NCBI GenBank assembly: GCA_964187785.1
Contig: OZ076409.1
Location: forward strand, 62,560,001-62,624,000
Length of the DNA stretch: 64,000 bases
Direction of reading: 5' to 3'
Source: Amphiscolops sp. MND2022
Taxonomy: Eukaryota
The notes under the pieces were generated by a model, which was given only the letters and a program-made list of their open reading frames with translations, was not told the origin of the DNA and ran no database searches. The position numbers and the translations under genes are program-made. Positions 1 to 12,779 of the stretch are shown in pieces (position 1 is the stretch's first letter; the number at the start of each line of letters is the position of its first letter).

Positions 1-4
1 GGCA

Positions 5-2878
5 ATGAACATGCTGCCAAACGTGGAAGAGAATTACTTGGACGCCCTCAACATTGACCTTCGTGGGCAATTCGCTGATCGATATTTCCTCAACGCTGGA
101 GAGACCTTCGAGATCAACCCACGGTACGCCCGTGACCTCGAAGCCCAGCTACCAATGCCAAAAGAAAGGTTGCAGCGTGCGCGCTTCGCCTTACTTATAG
201 ACTCAACATTCCTCAAGAATGTCCCCATTGACAATGTGCTGTCAGACGTGATGGTTTTTACTCTACCGCTGTCACGTATTCCCGAGATGGCCGAAGTGTT
301 GGTCACCATGTTTGACCCTGAGATGACAGGGACCTTCAAAGAGCCACCCCCACGCAGAGTGATCATCAGCAACGTTTTCGATCACATGGCCTGTGAAGGA
401 CTAATGGCCCAGATCGCAAACGTTGAAATTATAAATCCAAGTCCAGCACAGCGAACAACAGTACGCAATGCAGCATTGAACATGGCCCGAGCCATGGAAA
501 AAGCCCAAAACATCTTAAAGGATAAACTCAAGGTGCCAGCCCTGTTCGTGACACCCCCAGGTTTCTGCCAATGGCCTCCCGCCTTGCAGAGATTTATCTA
601 CATGGTAACAGAAGTTTGCAAGTGTAGAGAAATAGACTTTGCGATCTGCGCGCCCAATATGCGGATCGGCTCCAACGACTTTCGTCCCTCCTGGCTTTCC
701 TACATGGGGTATATTGCCTCAGTGTCTAAAGTGCTACAGTCAGTGGAAAAGACAGGGAACGCGCAGCTGACAATCGACGATGCCATCTACTTTGATCACG
801 GCACTCGTATGGGCTTGTTAGTATTTAACAACGACGGAGAAAGGCGAGTCCCAGAGCCCAGTACGGCTGAATGCGAGGCAATCCGCCTGAATAACTGGAT
901 AGAGCGCGCGCGCTCCTCCGGTGGAAAGACTTGTATCAAAACTGATCTTGCAGAAGTCACTGCCATAATGAGCAAAGTCCCCAGCGACCGAGAAGTAGAA
1001 CGAGCCATCCCGCGAGTTCAATTTGCCAAGGACCTCACAATCGATCAATTATCAGTGGGAATGAAGTACATTGCTGCAAAACTGACGAGCGAAACTCAGG
1101 CTGAAATCCAAGCCTTCAGCAGCACCTACGACGCCTGGTACCAGCGGCTACAAACTACCACCGTAGCAGACATTGCAAAAGAGCTTGGGATGTCAACCGA
1201 CCAGTTTGCCATCTGTTTGGGATTGGGTTGGAGTCCCGATGTTATTCGAGTTGAGTTCGATTTAGACGAGAACTGGTTGATCGAAATCAGCAAGATCATC
1301 GGTACCATGCAAGTAAACGAACTCTTTGCACTGATGCTCACTTTCGGGCAGAAACGCTTCGTAGCTGGGCCAATGATGATATTGACCGACCTAGTTACCG
1401 AGTGTAATCTGGAATGGTTATTTTCATATTTGGTGATTGCACGAGGGAATATCTCAGGCCTCACCGCCTTAGCCAAGCTGTTACAACGAAAAGACGCTCA
1501 GGATTATCCCGCTCACCTGGAGCGCATGACAACTTCATTATATCACTGGATATATTGCAGTCTGGTCTTTGCCTCGGGACTTTTCGTGGGGGTGGATAAG
1601 CACCAACCATTATATGACGGACGTCAGCTAGTGACCGAGGTAGCCGGATTTTTGACACCTAACCAGCTGGCAGATTTCACTTTGGCTGAAGTCGAAGATC
1701 TCGTACCGGTGTTAGCACCCGTGCTAACTCCGATATTTGGCCCAACCGGGATACTTCGCTATCCCACCAAGCCTCTGCGACTGGCCTCGGAGACACTAAC
1801 AGTATCCATCCTGACTTATCTGAAGAACGTGAAACCGCACAACTATCAACAGATGCTTGAACGTGGGCTGTTTCTGCTAGTACCCCGCATGTATACCACC
1901 ATAAAGAATGAGACGCAGCAAGACGAAAACCTGGCCGGTATTCTCAAAGCCCGAACAAAGAAGGCGTGCCCTTTACCTCGCGAATACGGCCCGGTGAATT
2001 GGTACAATTCGCCCCTAGATCACCTTGGAATCCCACAGCGATTCAATTGGAGTTTCGCACACCTCAGGAAGTACGTGACTGAATGCGTGCAAACCATGGG
2101 CGGTCACACAAATCAGGAGTACAATTTTCAAATGATCAAGCTTCCAGCCAGGTACTGGCGAGGACCCATCGGTTATATCCGGGCTAAGCCAATCAGCATG
2201 GTCGAGAAGGGCTTTGATGAGCAGTACGCCTATCGCGATCACTACAAACTAGGCGTGTGGATGTCAAGGACCCTGGAGGAACGCCAAGGGCGCCTAAAAG
2301 GTTTGATCATCCCCCCACTGACAATGCCTGTCTGGAATCCAGAGGCGAGGGTTACTATGGGAAGCGACATGCCAGCGGAGACTTGCTACCACGTCATGGA
2401 ATTGCTGAGTGATCCCCTCGGACCCGAATGGGAAGCCTCCAGGCAAATTATAGAACATGCAAACAGGGACAACTGGTCCAGAGCCTGCGGGCTCTGGGGC
2501 TGACCTGATCTACGCCCGAAACTCAGTGCGAAACAGAAACGACCCATTGCCACCCGCAATAGACCGCTGGATCTACCGCACCTGTTTAATGCCAGTAGAT
2601 TGGATGTGCAGATCCCAATCTCCACGTCGACCACAAGTTCTGTCAATGTTAGCGGCTCAGCCAATGCAGCGCAAGAACATTCGCCAGAAGCCTCAACTCC
2701 TGTAGCCGCAGAAAGTGGCCCTAGTGGCTCAAACACGGCTCCCAGGACCCATGAAACTGCCAGCGCCGAACCAAAGCCAGTCCTGCGAGAAGGAAATGCG
2801 CGAAGAGGATCTCTGTCCGAACTGCAACCAAAGGCCGACGTCTCCCCCAGAGCGCGTCACTCCTCCGCCACCCAGTAA
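5..2878 (+). CDS. Large accessory ORF with N-terminal SGNH/GDSL-hydrolase-like motifs; probably 5'-truncated; one in-frame TGA at 2501-2503
   Basis: 832-aa open frame; the same frame stays open after the TGA to 2878. Motifs FALLIDSTFLKNV, VFTLPLSRI, RVIISNVFD, LFVTPPG and NDFRPSWLSY fall in SGNH block order (by eye). Confidence 0.6.
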
Positions 2879-3889
2879 AACAAACCTAAGATTGTCGTCA
2901 TTCGATCTCCAACTTCAATAGTCTTATGCTAGATGAACTTTTGCGAAATCTCATGGTTTCAATCTCTGTTGTTGCTAAACTTCGATTATGGAAGTGCCAA
3001 TTGGTCATGGGTAAAAATCTCCAAGTGGAGATGAAGCCCCCGGGCTTCATCCTCCTTATTATTCCGTTTTGGGACCGGCAACCCAACCATGAAACTGCGT
3101 CTTTGCCTTGCCTTAGTTAGATGCAATATTCAATTTGCAATTTGTGTTTGCAGTTAGTGCTTTTTCATGCTACCTTATGCTACATGTGGATGCGCTGTGC
3201 GCACTCCGTGCTCTAAAATTTCGGTGCTATTACACCCTTTTAGTTACTAGTTATGGTTTACACTGTTGCTATTGTCGAAAAAGACAAAAAGAAAAGATGA
3301 AGGAAAAGGAAACAAAAAGGGAGAGATGAGAAATGAATAGAATAAAAAGATTGATGAACCTCGACCATTGTTTTTCTTGAGCTACCTGATAGGATCGAGA
3401 GTAAGTCTCGCAAAAGAAATTTTAAATTGACCGTACTAATTGATTGATTTTATGGCAACTGCTTACCAAAAGAACTTTTATCAAACGCCAAGCAGTGCGA
3501 AGCTCCCGAGCTTCGGAAAATATGTTTCGAACAGTCATGTGATGGTCGTTGACCTTAAAACAAGTTTTAACACTAACGGCAAATAAAAAATTTTTTTTGA
3601 ATGGCCGAAAAGAAATTTTAACGCCTGAATTGCTCACGACAGGCTACAAAAAGTAATGACCTTGCCGTATAAGATTTGTATACAAAATTGTATTGATTTG
3701 ATCAAAATGCAGCAACGCTGGGTCAAAAACAATTCCACGAGGCCAACTTGACGATGTCTCAATGAACTGCCCAGCGCTACTTGATGTGCACTCTACCTCC
3801 TCAGTGGGACACAGATGACTCTGGGTACAGACTCGATGACGCCAACCCACACTTGACGGGGACGTCAAGACTAGACCCCGGGGAGTGTA

Positions 3890-4624
3890 TGTAGCGATTA
3901 CCTATCGAGTGCACGATTTCGAAAATTTCGATGAAAATTTCGTTCAAGGGACTATATCTCCTCTACTAAAGAGTCATATTCCGCTAGACGGCAGCGTGTC
4001 TTTATTCAAGTACCTGCCCACAGAATTGAAGAGAATTTGAGCAGAAGACTCGAGAGAGACCCCAACCGAACAAGAAGATTGCAGAAAAATACGGCCACTG
4101 TCAAAAAAAAGACTCAAATTTCTGCCAAAACGGACTGAACTTTGTTCTAACCAGTGCTTTCTTCAGCGAAGTGTTACAAGACGCTGTGATTACCAAAAAT
4201 GAGTCAATTAGCTTGACCAAGCATCCGTGCTTGTGTCCCCGGCTAATTGCTGCCTCAAAAGTGCTAATTATGTAGTAATTTTCGTATTTTCTTGCTGTGA
4301 CAGCTCGTGAGCTACTCTTTTCGATCTCCTGTGTAACTTCGAAGAAACTTGATTTTTCCTTTCCACCACTTGCATTTTTTAAAGGCTGTCTAAGTGTTGG
4401 TTTCGAAGAAAAAGCGTAATGCGCACTACTGATAGCAATTACAGACTGGATCAGGCCGGCGAGCACTTCACAAGAAGCGGAATCCTCCTCTGACGGGACA
4501 GTTTTTACCCGAAAGAGGCAAAATGAGCTCATGGTCATGGGCGCCTGTCCCTGGCAAATACCCATATCATGTGTTCCTCTAACTCTTATGGTTACGGCGA
4601 CAATGGTGAGAGCTTGTCGTTACA
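3890..4624 (+). repeat. Putative 3' LTR of element E
   Basis: TG...CA ends with an 8-bp imperfect inverted repeat, preceded by a PPT-like tract; single copy in the window. Confidence 0.5.
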
Positions 4625-5069
4625 CAATTTTTGTCAAATTTTCGACAGACTTCGTAGATTGGAATGTTGAAAAGAGTCAACAAGGAACAAATTTGTTGTC
4701 CAGTAGTCTTTTTCGAAGAGATTTGGGGCGGAAAATATCCCGCTGGTCCGCGGGCGTCTTGTTTTTGTTTCAAAACTCAAAATTTAGATGCAAAATTGTT
4801 TCAAAATTGAAACTTAAGCGGGTTGTATAAGCTAAGTTGACCTAATGATGTAGTTTAACCATAGTGCGTCACTTTATTTCTCTTTGAAGTATTGTTGGTT
4901 GTTTGAGTTGATTTTAAATTGAAATGAGTTTTCTGTTGGTTTTTCCATAAGTTTTTTTAATGACCGTTTTTGTTCCGTTGGAGCTCAAAACCTCAATAAA
5001 GTGAAGCATTATAAAGTTTCCGGTATTTATTTGAATGAAACAATTAGTCTAGGTAGGGTATAAAATTGC

Positions 5070-5995
5070 TCAGACAGACGCAAACTTCAACCTTCCCGTG
5101 TGAAAATTCAAACAAGGCTTGCAATAAAACGACTGTGCTTCTTTGGGTAGTTTTGACAGGTAAAATTTCAGTATCCGAACTGGACAATTCCATTCCCCAG
5201 TTGGTAGAATATGACCTTTTTTAAATTCACACTTGCTGTTCCTCGACCCTCTTGCAAGCGTTTCTTCGAAAAGAATAATCTCATTTGGAGGTATTCCTCT
5301 CAATTTGATTTGGCTGTGTTCACCAGCAATCAAACTCCGATGTTCGTCGCGAGATCTCAGCGAGAAATGTTTACCTTTTGATTGAAACGAAACTTTCATT
5401 GCTTCTTTTTTGCTTTAAAAACTTTTATCAAATTGATTTTGTCTTTTGGTCAATTCCTCGAAAATTCGATCAAAATTATCATCTGCATCTTATCGGTATA
5501 TTTATAGGGACAATCTTTCATGTTTTTTGGTAACCCTGTCAAAACGTTTGAGGATTTGAAAGATAGGACTTGAAACAAGTTCGTTCCAAACACCTATAAT
5601 GAAGTAAACAGTTTGAAGTAATATGTAAGGATTCCAATCTCCTAAAACTCCCTTTTCGTAGAGCTCTGCTTCCATCTCAGACGTAACAATGGCCGCACTT
5701 CGCCTTGGTGGATCGTGTCCGTCAGCTATCAGATTATTTACAAGTTCATCCAAAGCAGACCGCGTTTTCTCGAACTCTTTGTCTTTTTTCAAATTGATAG
5801 GCAACCCCAAATCTTTGATCTTCATCTGCATGAGGAAGAAAAAATATCGCAAGCATTTAGGGGGATATGGTCTCCCGTCGTTCTTTCGAATTTGCGAGAA
5901 AAATTCCGGCAAGTAATCGTTTATGAGATCTTCAAGTAAGGCGCACTTTAAAGGAGAGCATAGTGTAGATTTTAGATATTTGAATTCGATTCCGT
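5070..5995 (-). pseudogene. Crypton-type tyrosine recombinase / DUF3504 fragment, two exons
   Basis: IRKNDGRPYPP, LYEKGVLGDWNPYILLQTVYFIIG|KHFSLRSRDEHRSL and CPVRILKFYLSKLP...FYCKP are DUF3504-like. A GT-AG intron at 5593-5375 joins ORFs 5502..5912 and 5070..5399 in frame. Confidence 0.75.
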
Positions 5996-6952
5996 TTCAA
6001 ACAGTTCTCAGTTCACCATTAGCAAGTTAGTCATCACTTTCGTTCAATGACATTTCCATTGGAAAAAGGACGCACTTAAATGAGAAAACGTACTCACCAA
6101 AGCAGCGACGGAGAGTAACACAATGTCGGGTTTGGTACAAGCCAATGCAAAACCACAGCTTCGCGCTGATGGTTGCTTGATGGCTTGGTTAAAAACTTAG
6201 AAACACAGTTTGCTATGGTAAAATACTTCAACAAAAACGTAAACGTAGATAAATAGAACTTTTCTTGTAGTGCAACTCACAGTGTTCGAGAATTTTCAAA
6301 GCATTACTTTTTCAAGGCCCGAGCATACCGAGATGATTTATAGTCGGCGGTCAAAGGTTGGTTTTCCCCTTCAAGGCGTTCGTGACTTGTGGCTTCATTA
6401 TTTTTATTCAAATCTTTGGAGGCTTTTGAAAACTTTGTTTAAGGTAACAATTTGGTTCATTGAAGCAACATTAAAAATTTGCAGATTCCGTGGTTACATT
6501 TTGACCCAACAAAACTACGAAAAAACTTCAAATTCATAAGTTTTGGTCCCGAACAACATTTTTAAAAATGAAGACACTGGCTTTCTTATCGCATCACAAT
6601 TTAATATCCCCATACTCACATAATTTTTAAAAACCAAATGCAAAAAAAATGAAAAGAAAATCTTGGGTGAACAACAAAAGTTCTGAAATTCTAAACGTAC
6701 TCATTCTCTTTTGAAAGATTTTTGTTGTCAAATTCAAAACTTCATTTTCTTCAATTAGTGAAATTGGATATAATTGGATAGTAATGGTCCTTTTTACAAG
6801 GCAGTAGCTGGAAAAGATGATCAAATGTCCCTATTGGATGAGACTTTTCACTCTTACAGAATCTTGTTTCCAGATAGCATTCAATTGAAAGAACTTTACG
6901 TTCCTATCTATGAGCATTTCAGGATAAAAATCGAAACAAAACGCTCTCTGTG

Positions 6953-7157
6953 TGTTGTATTCTATGAACTAGACTTGTAATATAAGAGTTTGTAAGAAAC
7001 AATGTTTTCTCTAGCACAAAGTTTAGTGTAATGAAAGCTGAATAATCTAGAGAACTATATAGTTGTTAGTAAACAACAATAACAAAGATAACTAAAAATA
7101 GCAACGGATTGTTTATCAACAGTTAATCTAAATTTGTCTGTTGTTCATTATTCTTCA
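6953..7157 (-). repeat. 3' LTR of element A
   Basis: Direct repeat of 12780-12984 with TG..CA ends. Confidence 0.95.
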
Positions 7158-10100
7158 TTTCCCCCTCTACGATTGGATGGGAACTATCCAATGGGGTTCC
7201 GTTGCAGTCCATAGTTTTGTGGTCGGTAACCTGGCCACGTCTCTTTATTGAATCCGGGCTTCCGTGATTAGCAGTTGTTGAATCCGGTCTTCCGTGATTG
7301 GCATTTTGTTTTTCCATTGAGTGGTTTAATTGTTTTCTTCGCCGGTCTGTTCTTCCACCTCCTCCTGTGTCTCCGGTAAAGGTGACAGATTTAGTCTTTT
7401 TATTGTGTTTCCTGTAACAATCTTGGTTAACCGGGTTGTTCAATCTTACTATAGGATTAGTTTTGGTTAGACGTTTTGACCGGCGTAGGTTATTTTCCTC
7501 TGTTTTTCTAGTTCTTTTTCTATTTCAGTGCTTGAACTTAAATTGCTAGCGAGTTCTAGGTCTGATTCTTCTATTTTATCAAAAGTATCGTAGGTTACCT
7601 TACCGTTATGATCTTTGATATGAAGTTCTTGGCCTGAATTTTGTGTGTCCTTGATTATCTGTTCAATGTCGGGTGCCGACATTTGCTCTGAATTTGCGGT
7701 TAGTGTGCCTAGGTGTTCGTCGTTGCCATTCCCGGGTCTCGCTTCGGGGGGGCTTTGTTGTCCTCTTTCTCTGATCAATTTGGCCATTTTTGGTCTCCCT
7801 CTGCCAAATGTTCCGGTCTTTTTGGTGATCGGTGGTTCTGGACTGGTGTCCGATTGATCGTCTTGAGATTGGAGCTTTCTGGGGGTATCTGGTGATTTGC
7901 TCTCTTTGCGGGCAAATCGTCCGTCCGGTCCTCTTGGTCCGGTGCCTCTGTTGGATGGTTCCTGTTCAAATGGTTTAACTGGTTTACTGATTAGTTTACG
8001 GTGGATTAATTTGTTATCTGCTGTAGTTATCGTATGATTGGTCCCTTTTATTGCCGTTTGCAACTGATCTGAGTAGGGACTCTCGAACTTAGTTTTTTGA
8101 TTTTTTCTTTCGAAAAATTTAAACGGGTATTCGCTTACCGTCTTTGTCGATTTTCTTTTTTGTTTCATTGGCAGATGGTCGGAGCTACCGCCTTCTCCAC
8201 TGAATGTATAGACTTGTAAAGTCTCTGGTTTTGCTGAAAAGGAATGGTCGTTTGTTAGTTTTTTGATTTCATTTAGGTTTAACATGTTACTTAGTTCCGT
8301 GTTTGGTTCCCTTCCGAAATGTAGTTCGAATGCCGATTTTTTAAGTCTGGTGTGTGGTGTAGTTCGCATTACGTACAGTGCTAGATCGAGAGCTTTTCCG
8401 AACGGTTCTCCCGCTTTTATATTCGTTAATAAATTTTCCTTTAGGGTTCTTACGCCCCGCTCCACCAGGCCGGTTGGGGTGTGTATGTACGGTGGTTCCG
8501 TATATTGTTGAAATGTAATTCTTTTTGCAGAATTCTCTGAAGAAGCGTCCTGTGAATGCCGATGCTTTATCGGTTCGTATTGTTTTTGGTATTCCGTTTA
8601 GTTGGATATACTGTTGTAAAAATTTTACAGCCGTTTCTCCGTCCGTTGTTTTGCATAAACTGGCGGCCGGCCATTTGCTATACCGGTCAATGGATAGTAA
8701 AATGTAAAATCTACGGTTCCCTTCCGTGATTGGTCCGATGAAATCCAATTGGATTTCTTCATTCGGTACGTTCAATGGCGGTAAATGGTTTTGTTCCGTC
8801 TTAGGTAGGTTAGGTTTTAAATTCTTACCGGAAAGTTTGCACGGTATGCAGCTGTCGCATTTTCTTTGAATTGCCTCGGTTAGCTTCGGCCACCAGAAGT
8901 GTTTCGCTGCGATGGTCATCTTATTTATTGCTGGATGTCCTTTGTGGAGGAGTGAGATGACGGTTGTCCTTAGATTTGCGGGCACGATAATTTTCTCTTC
9001 GAAGAATACCAATCCATATCTTGTGGACAATTTCCTTTTGTATTGGTTGTATTCCTCGGGTATGTTGTCATATTGCTTTCTTTCTAAGCATACGAGTGTT
9101 TTCAATAGTTTCGGGTCATTCGTCGTTTCTGTCATCAGCAACTGGAGGTCCGTTGCAAACTCTTTTTCGGTTTCCCTAACGGTATTTTCATGGTCCCAGT
9201 TGTTCGGTTCAATTGCTTGAATTCTTGGTGCATGGCCCATTTTGATGTATTGAACACTCTTTATGCCAATGTAGTTGGCCCAGTTAATGGTCGGTACCTC
9301 CAGTACCGATGGAGCCATCTCGGAATCGCTCGAGATTTCTCCTTCCTCCATTGGTACTTCTTCCGGGCGAGCTGTTGATGTGCCGGGTTGGCTTGTGTTT
9401 TTTGGAATAAATCCTCCTTCGAAGTTTCTTGCTCCGGTAAATTGCCAGTCGGGTAAATAATCATTCTGTGGTTGATTATGAATGGGCCGGTTTCTAACTT
9501 CTACGGCCGGGCTTTCTAATCTACTGATAATCTCCAGTAGTTTTTCTTCGATGGTTTTTCTCTCATTGCGAAGGAATTTCGGTTCGTGGTATTTCTTCCA
9601 CTTGCCGTTTGATAGCCGGTACACTCCTGGCTTTACGATATTTCGCCATCTCTCGATTAAATCCGTAGTCTCTTGGGAGGAATCAATTGATTCAAGAGTG
9701 TCAATGGTTCTTGCGTCCATTGTTATCGGAATAGAATTCTGATTAATTTTCGCGTTACTGTTTGAAATGCGGTCAAGGCTGTTAATGGCGTTTTGTTCAC
9801 GCGCGTTGTCCGATGATCGCTTATTGTCTACTTTTGGTCCGTTCTCGCGATATGATTGGTTGAAATGGTTGCTAAGGCAACCAAATTTTGAAACAAATCC
9901 GTAGTGCGGTGCTATGCTGTTAATCACATACTCTTCTTCGTATGCTTCATCCTTTTGCGCCGGTTCGATCGGATTTCTACTCAAGTAATCCGTGAGAGCT
10001 AAATGTTTACCGGCTATATGGTTGACGTTAATTGTGAAGTGTGCTAATCGGTCGAGCCAACGTGTTAAGCGAGCGCTATAAGTTTTGTTTGAGCGATTGC

Positions 10101-11691
10101 GTTTTATTAGAGGTTCTAGTGCTTGGTGGTCCGTCAATAATTTGACGGGTTTGCCGTAAATATATAGTCGGAAATGTTCTAAACCCCAGACTACCGCTAA
10201 TAGTTCGAGCTCGTTAATTGCGTATTTTTTTTCTGTATCCGATAGAAATCTGCTTGCGAATGCTATCGGTTTTAAGTCGCCGTTGTTTTGTTCTTGCCAG
10301 AGGGTTGCGCCCAATCCCTTTGTACTGGCATCGGTTGTGAGTGTATTCGGTCGAGCGGAACTGTAGTGAGCGAGACACGGTATTTCCGTGATTTTTTGCT
10401 TTAATTGGTTGAATGCTTCGGAGTGTTCCGTTGACCAGTTCCAGTTGTTTTTCTTCTTTAACAACTGTCTCAATAGATCCGTTTGTGCTGACAGGTTTTC
10501 GATATATTTCGAGAGGTATTGAATTGCCCCTAGAAATGATTTCAATTCCTTTTCGTTTTTTGGTTCTTTTAATTCTTGTATCGCTTTTAGTTTATCTTGT
10601 AACGGTCTGATACCGTTTTGGTCAATTTTGTGACCTACCCACTCTATTTCGGTTTTGTAAAATTCTGTTTTGTTTTCGCTCAGTCTATATCCTGCGTTTT
10701 CTAATTTTGTTAGTACCTCAATTAACTCACGTGTATGTTGTTCTTTTGTTCCTTTTGTGACGACTAATATGTCATCTAACCACGCCGGATGTTTGTTCTC
10801 CAGTGTTTGGTCTATCTTTTCTTGAAATATGGTCGGTATGTCCGCCAGGCCGTAGAATCCCTTCAGGAATCTGTAGTATCCGGTGAAATTGCCTCCGGTT
10901 ATTGCAAATATACACAGATCCATTGCGTGTTTTGATAGCTGCATTTGTCCGTAGGCGTAGTCCAAGTCGAATTTGGATATCCATATTTGGTCGGGTGCTC
11001 CGTCTGCTATTTTTCTGGATATTCGTGAGATGAGTTCCTCCATATTCGGCATTTGTGCTTTCCGTTTCACGGTTATTTCATTTAGTTTCCGTGAATCTAA
11101 AGCAATTTTTACCGATTTATCTTTTTTCACGGTTATCACTGCCGGACTGACGAAACAATTTTCGTTGATATTTGTTGCCTTCTCGATATGTCCATTTTTC
11201 TTCAGCTTTTCAATTTCTTTACCGACTGCGGGTTGTAGATGTATTGGTATCGGACGACCTTTTTGTTGTATTAGCTTGGCGTCCGGTTTTAATTCGATGT
11301 CTACTTCTATTCCTTTTATTGTTTTGTTTTCGTGGAACAGTTTTTTGAATTTTCTCTTCAACTCGGTTATGTCCGGGTCTTCTTTTACATTCTGGATCTT
11401 CAGGTTAGTCTCCTCCATTTCTAGCTTTATCCCCAGGTGTTTCATCCAATCTAGTCCAAGTAATGGATTCGTTTTTTTCGTAGTTATCAGTAGTTCTAGC
11501 TTTTTTGTTTCCCCGTTGATTTCAACGTTAGCTATTGTTTTTCCTTCGAATTGAATTTTGTTGTTGTTTACATCTCTGTATTCAGAATGTAGTGGCTTCA
11601 TTGGTGTTATTTGGTTAAACATTTGTTTTGGAATCAGAGTGACCGGTGATCCGCTGTCTATAATGAATTTGATTGGACGGTTATTAACCAA
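7123..11691 (-). pseudogene. pol: Pol of element A (protease, RT, RNase H, long spacer, integrase, long C-terminal tail); frameshifts near 8490 and 7500
   Basis: IIDSGS (PR), WLDDIL (RT), TDASTKGLGA / NELELLAV (RH), H..GHP..C..C and IQLDF/TDKA (IN). The integrase continues as GLVERGVRTLK in ORF 7467..8465. Confidence 0.92.
7158..7170 (-). other. Polypurine tract of element A
   Basis: GTAGAGGGGGAAA on the minus strand abutting the 3' LTR. Confidence 0.85.
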
Positions 11692-12731
11692 TGCCGTTTT
11701 TGTGATAAATAGCTGACCGTCACTGGCTATTTGTTTTGTTGAATGGATTGTTTTCGTAATAAGGTGTATTTTATTTGGTGTCCATTCGTCTTCTTCTGCG
11801 CTTGTTGCTTCTGATTCCGGATGAATGTGTTTTATCTTTCGGTCCGTTCTCTGTTTTGTACGGCAGAATTTTGCGTAGTGGCCAATTTTTCCGCAGTTTA
11901 GGCACTTTTTTGTTTTTGCTGGGCAGTCGTGATGTTTATTCCAGTTTGGTGCTCCGCATCTAATGCAGTCGACTACTCTGACTTTATTTGGTTTGTTTCG
12001 TTCCGGTTTTTGGTAGCTTCTTTTTTTTCGACGTGTTTTATTTTTGTTTCTTCTTCCGTATCCCGAGATTCATTCATTTTTTCGTACATGTATTCGTGGA
12101 TTGTGTCAGTTATTGCTTCTACCGACATGTCCCCTTTCTTTATTTTCTTTTTTAGGTCATTGTCTCCCGTGGTTTTCCCGATTACTGAAAGAAATTTTGA
12201 TGCCAGCAGTTCTGCCGCTGTTATTTCTTCAAATTCGCAGTTTTTTTCGATTTCGAGTATTCTTTTCCATGTTTCTGCTGCGGATTCTCCGGGTTCCCGC
12301 TTTAAATTGAAGAAATCAGCTCTACTATGGTGTTTATTCCGTTCCGGAATAAAGTGTAGTCTGAATAGTGCGTAGAGACGGTATAATGGTAGAGAATTCG
12401 GTTCTCTTTCTCTTACCGTCTTTGTCATTTCGGTGAGTGCTGCTTGTCCGACCGCCCAGATGAAAACGTCTTTTATTTCGTCTTCGAGTTGGTCTCTGAA
12501 TTGGGGAAGCACTTCTTTGGAGTTGGTCATCTTTGATAAATCTATTTCCCGTGTCATTTTGATATATTGGGTGAATTTTCTCCACCAGAGCTTTGCACTG
12601 GTGTGATCGGTTTTTTCTAAGATCGGAATGGGCAACTTTTGTATTGTTGTCCGTTCTCCCGATCTCGTTGTTGTATTGTTTGGGAGTGAATGGCTGCTTG
12701 CTTCTCCCGCGTTGTCTGGTTCGTCTTCCAT
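11692..12731 (-). CDS. gag: Gag of element A; zinc knuckles lie in the -1 frame after an A8 run near 12021-12028
   Basis: ORF 11973..12731 follows the PBS. CIRCGAPNWNKHHDC and CLNCGKIGHYAKFC are in the pol frame at about 11870-11970. Confidence 0.88.
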
Positions 12732-12761
12732 TTTTGCAGTTTCTTTTTTTTCTGTAGGTTC

Positions 12762-12779
12762 AGATTGCTGACTGCGCCA
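12762..12779 (-). other. Primer-binding site of element A (tRNA-Ser-like)
   Basis: TGGCGCAGTC directly after the 5' LTR; complementary to the ...GACTGCGCCA 3' end of animal tRNA-Ser. Confidence 0.75.

Larger units (their letters stand above)
1..4624 (+). mobile_element. 3' portion of a probable LTR retroelement (element E); 5' part outside the window
   Basis: Long ORF, then hairpin CTTGACG-GGGA-CGTCAAG (3852-3869), purine tract GGGGAG, then a 735-bp segment bounded by TGTAGCGA...TCGTTACA (7/8 inverted termini, TG..CA). The partner LTR is not in the window. Confidence 0.55.

Noticed and set aside
8263..12375. Many plus-strand ORFs opposite element A gag-pol (likewise minus-strand ORFs opposite B and C pol)
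   Set aside because: Shadow ORFs of biased coding sequence, with no motifs
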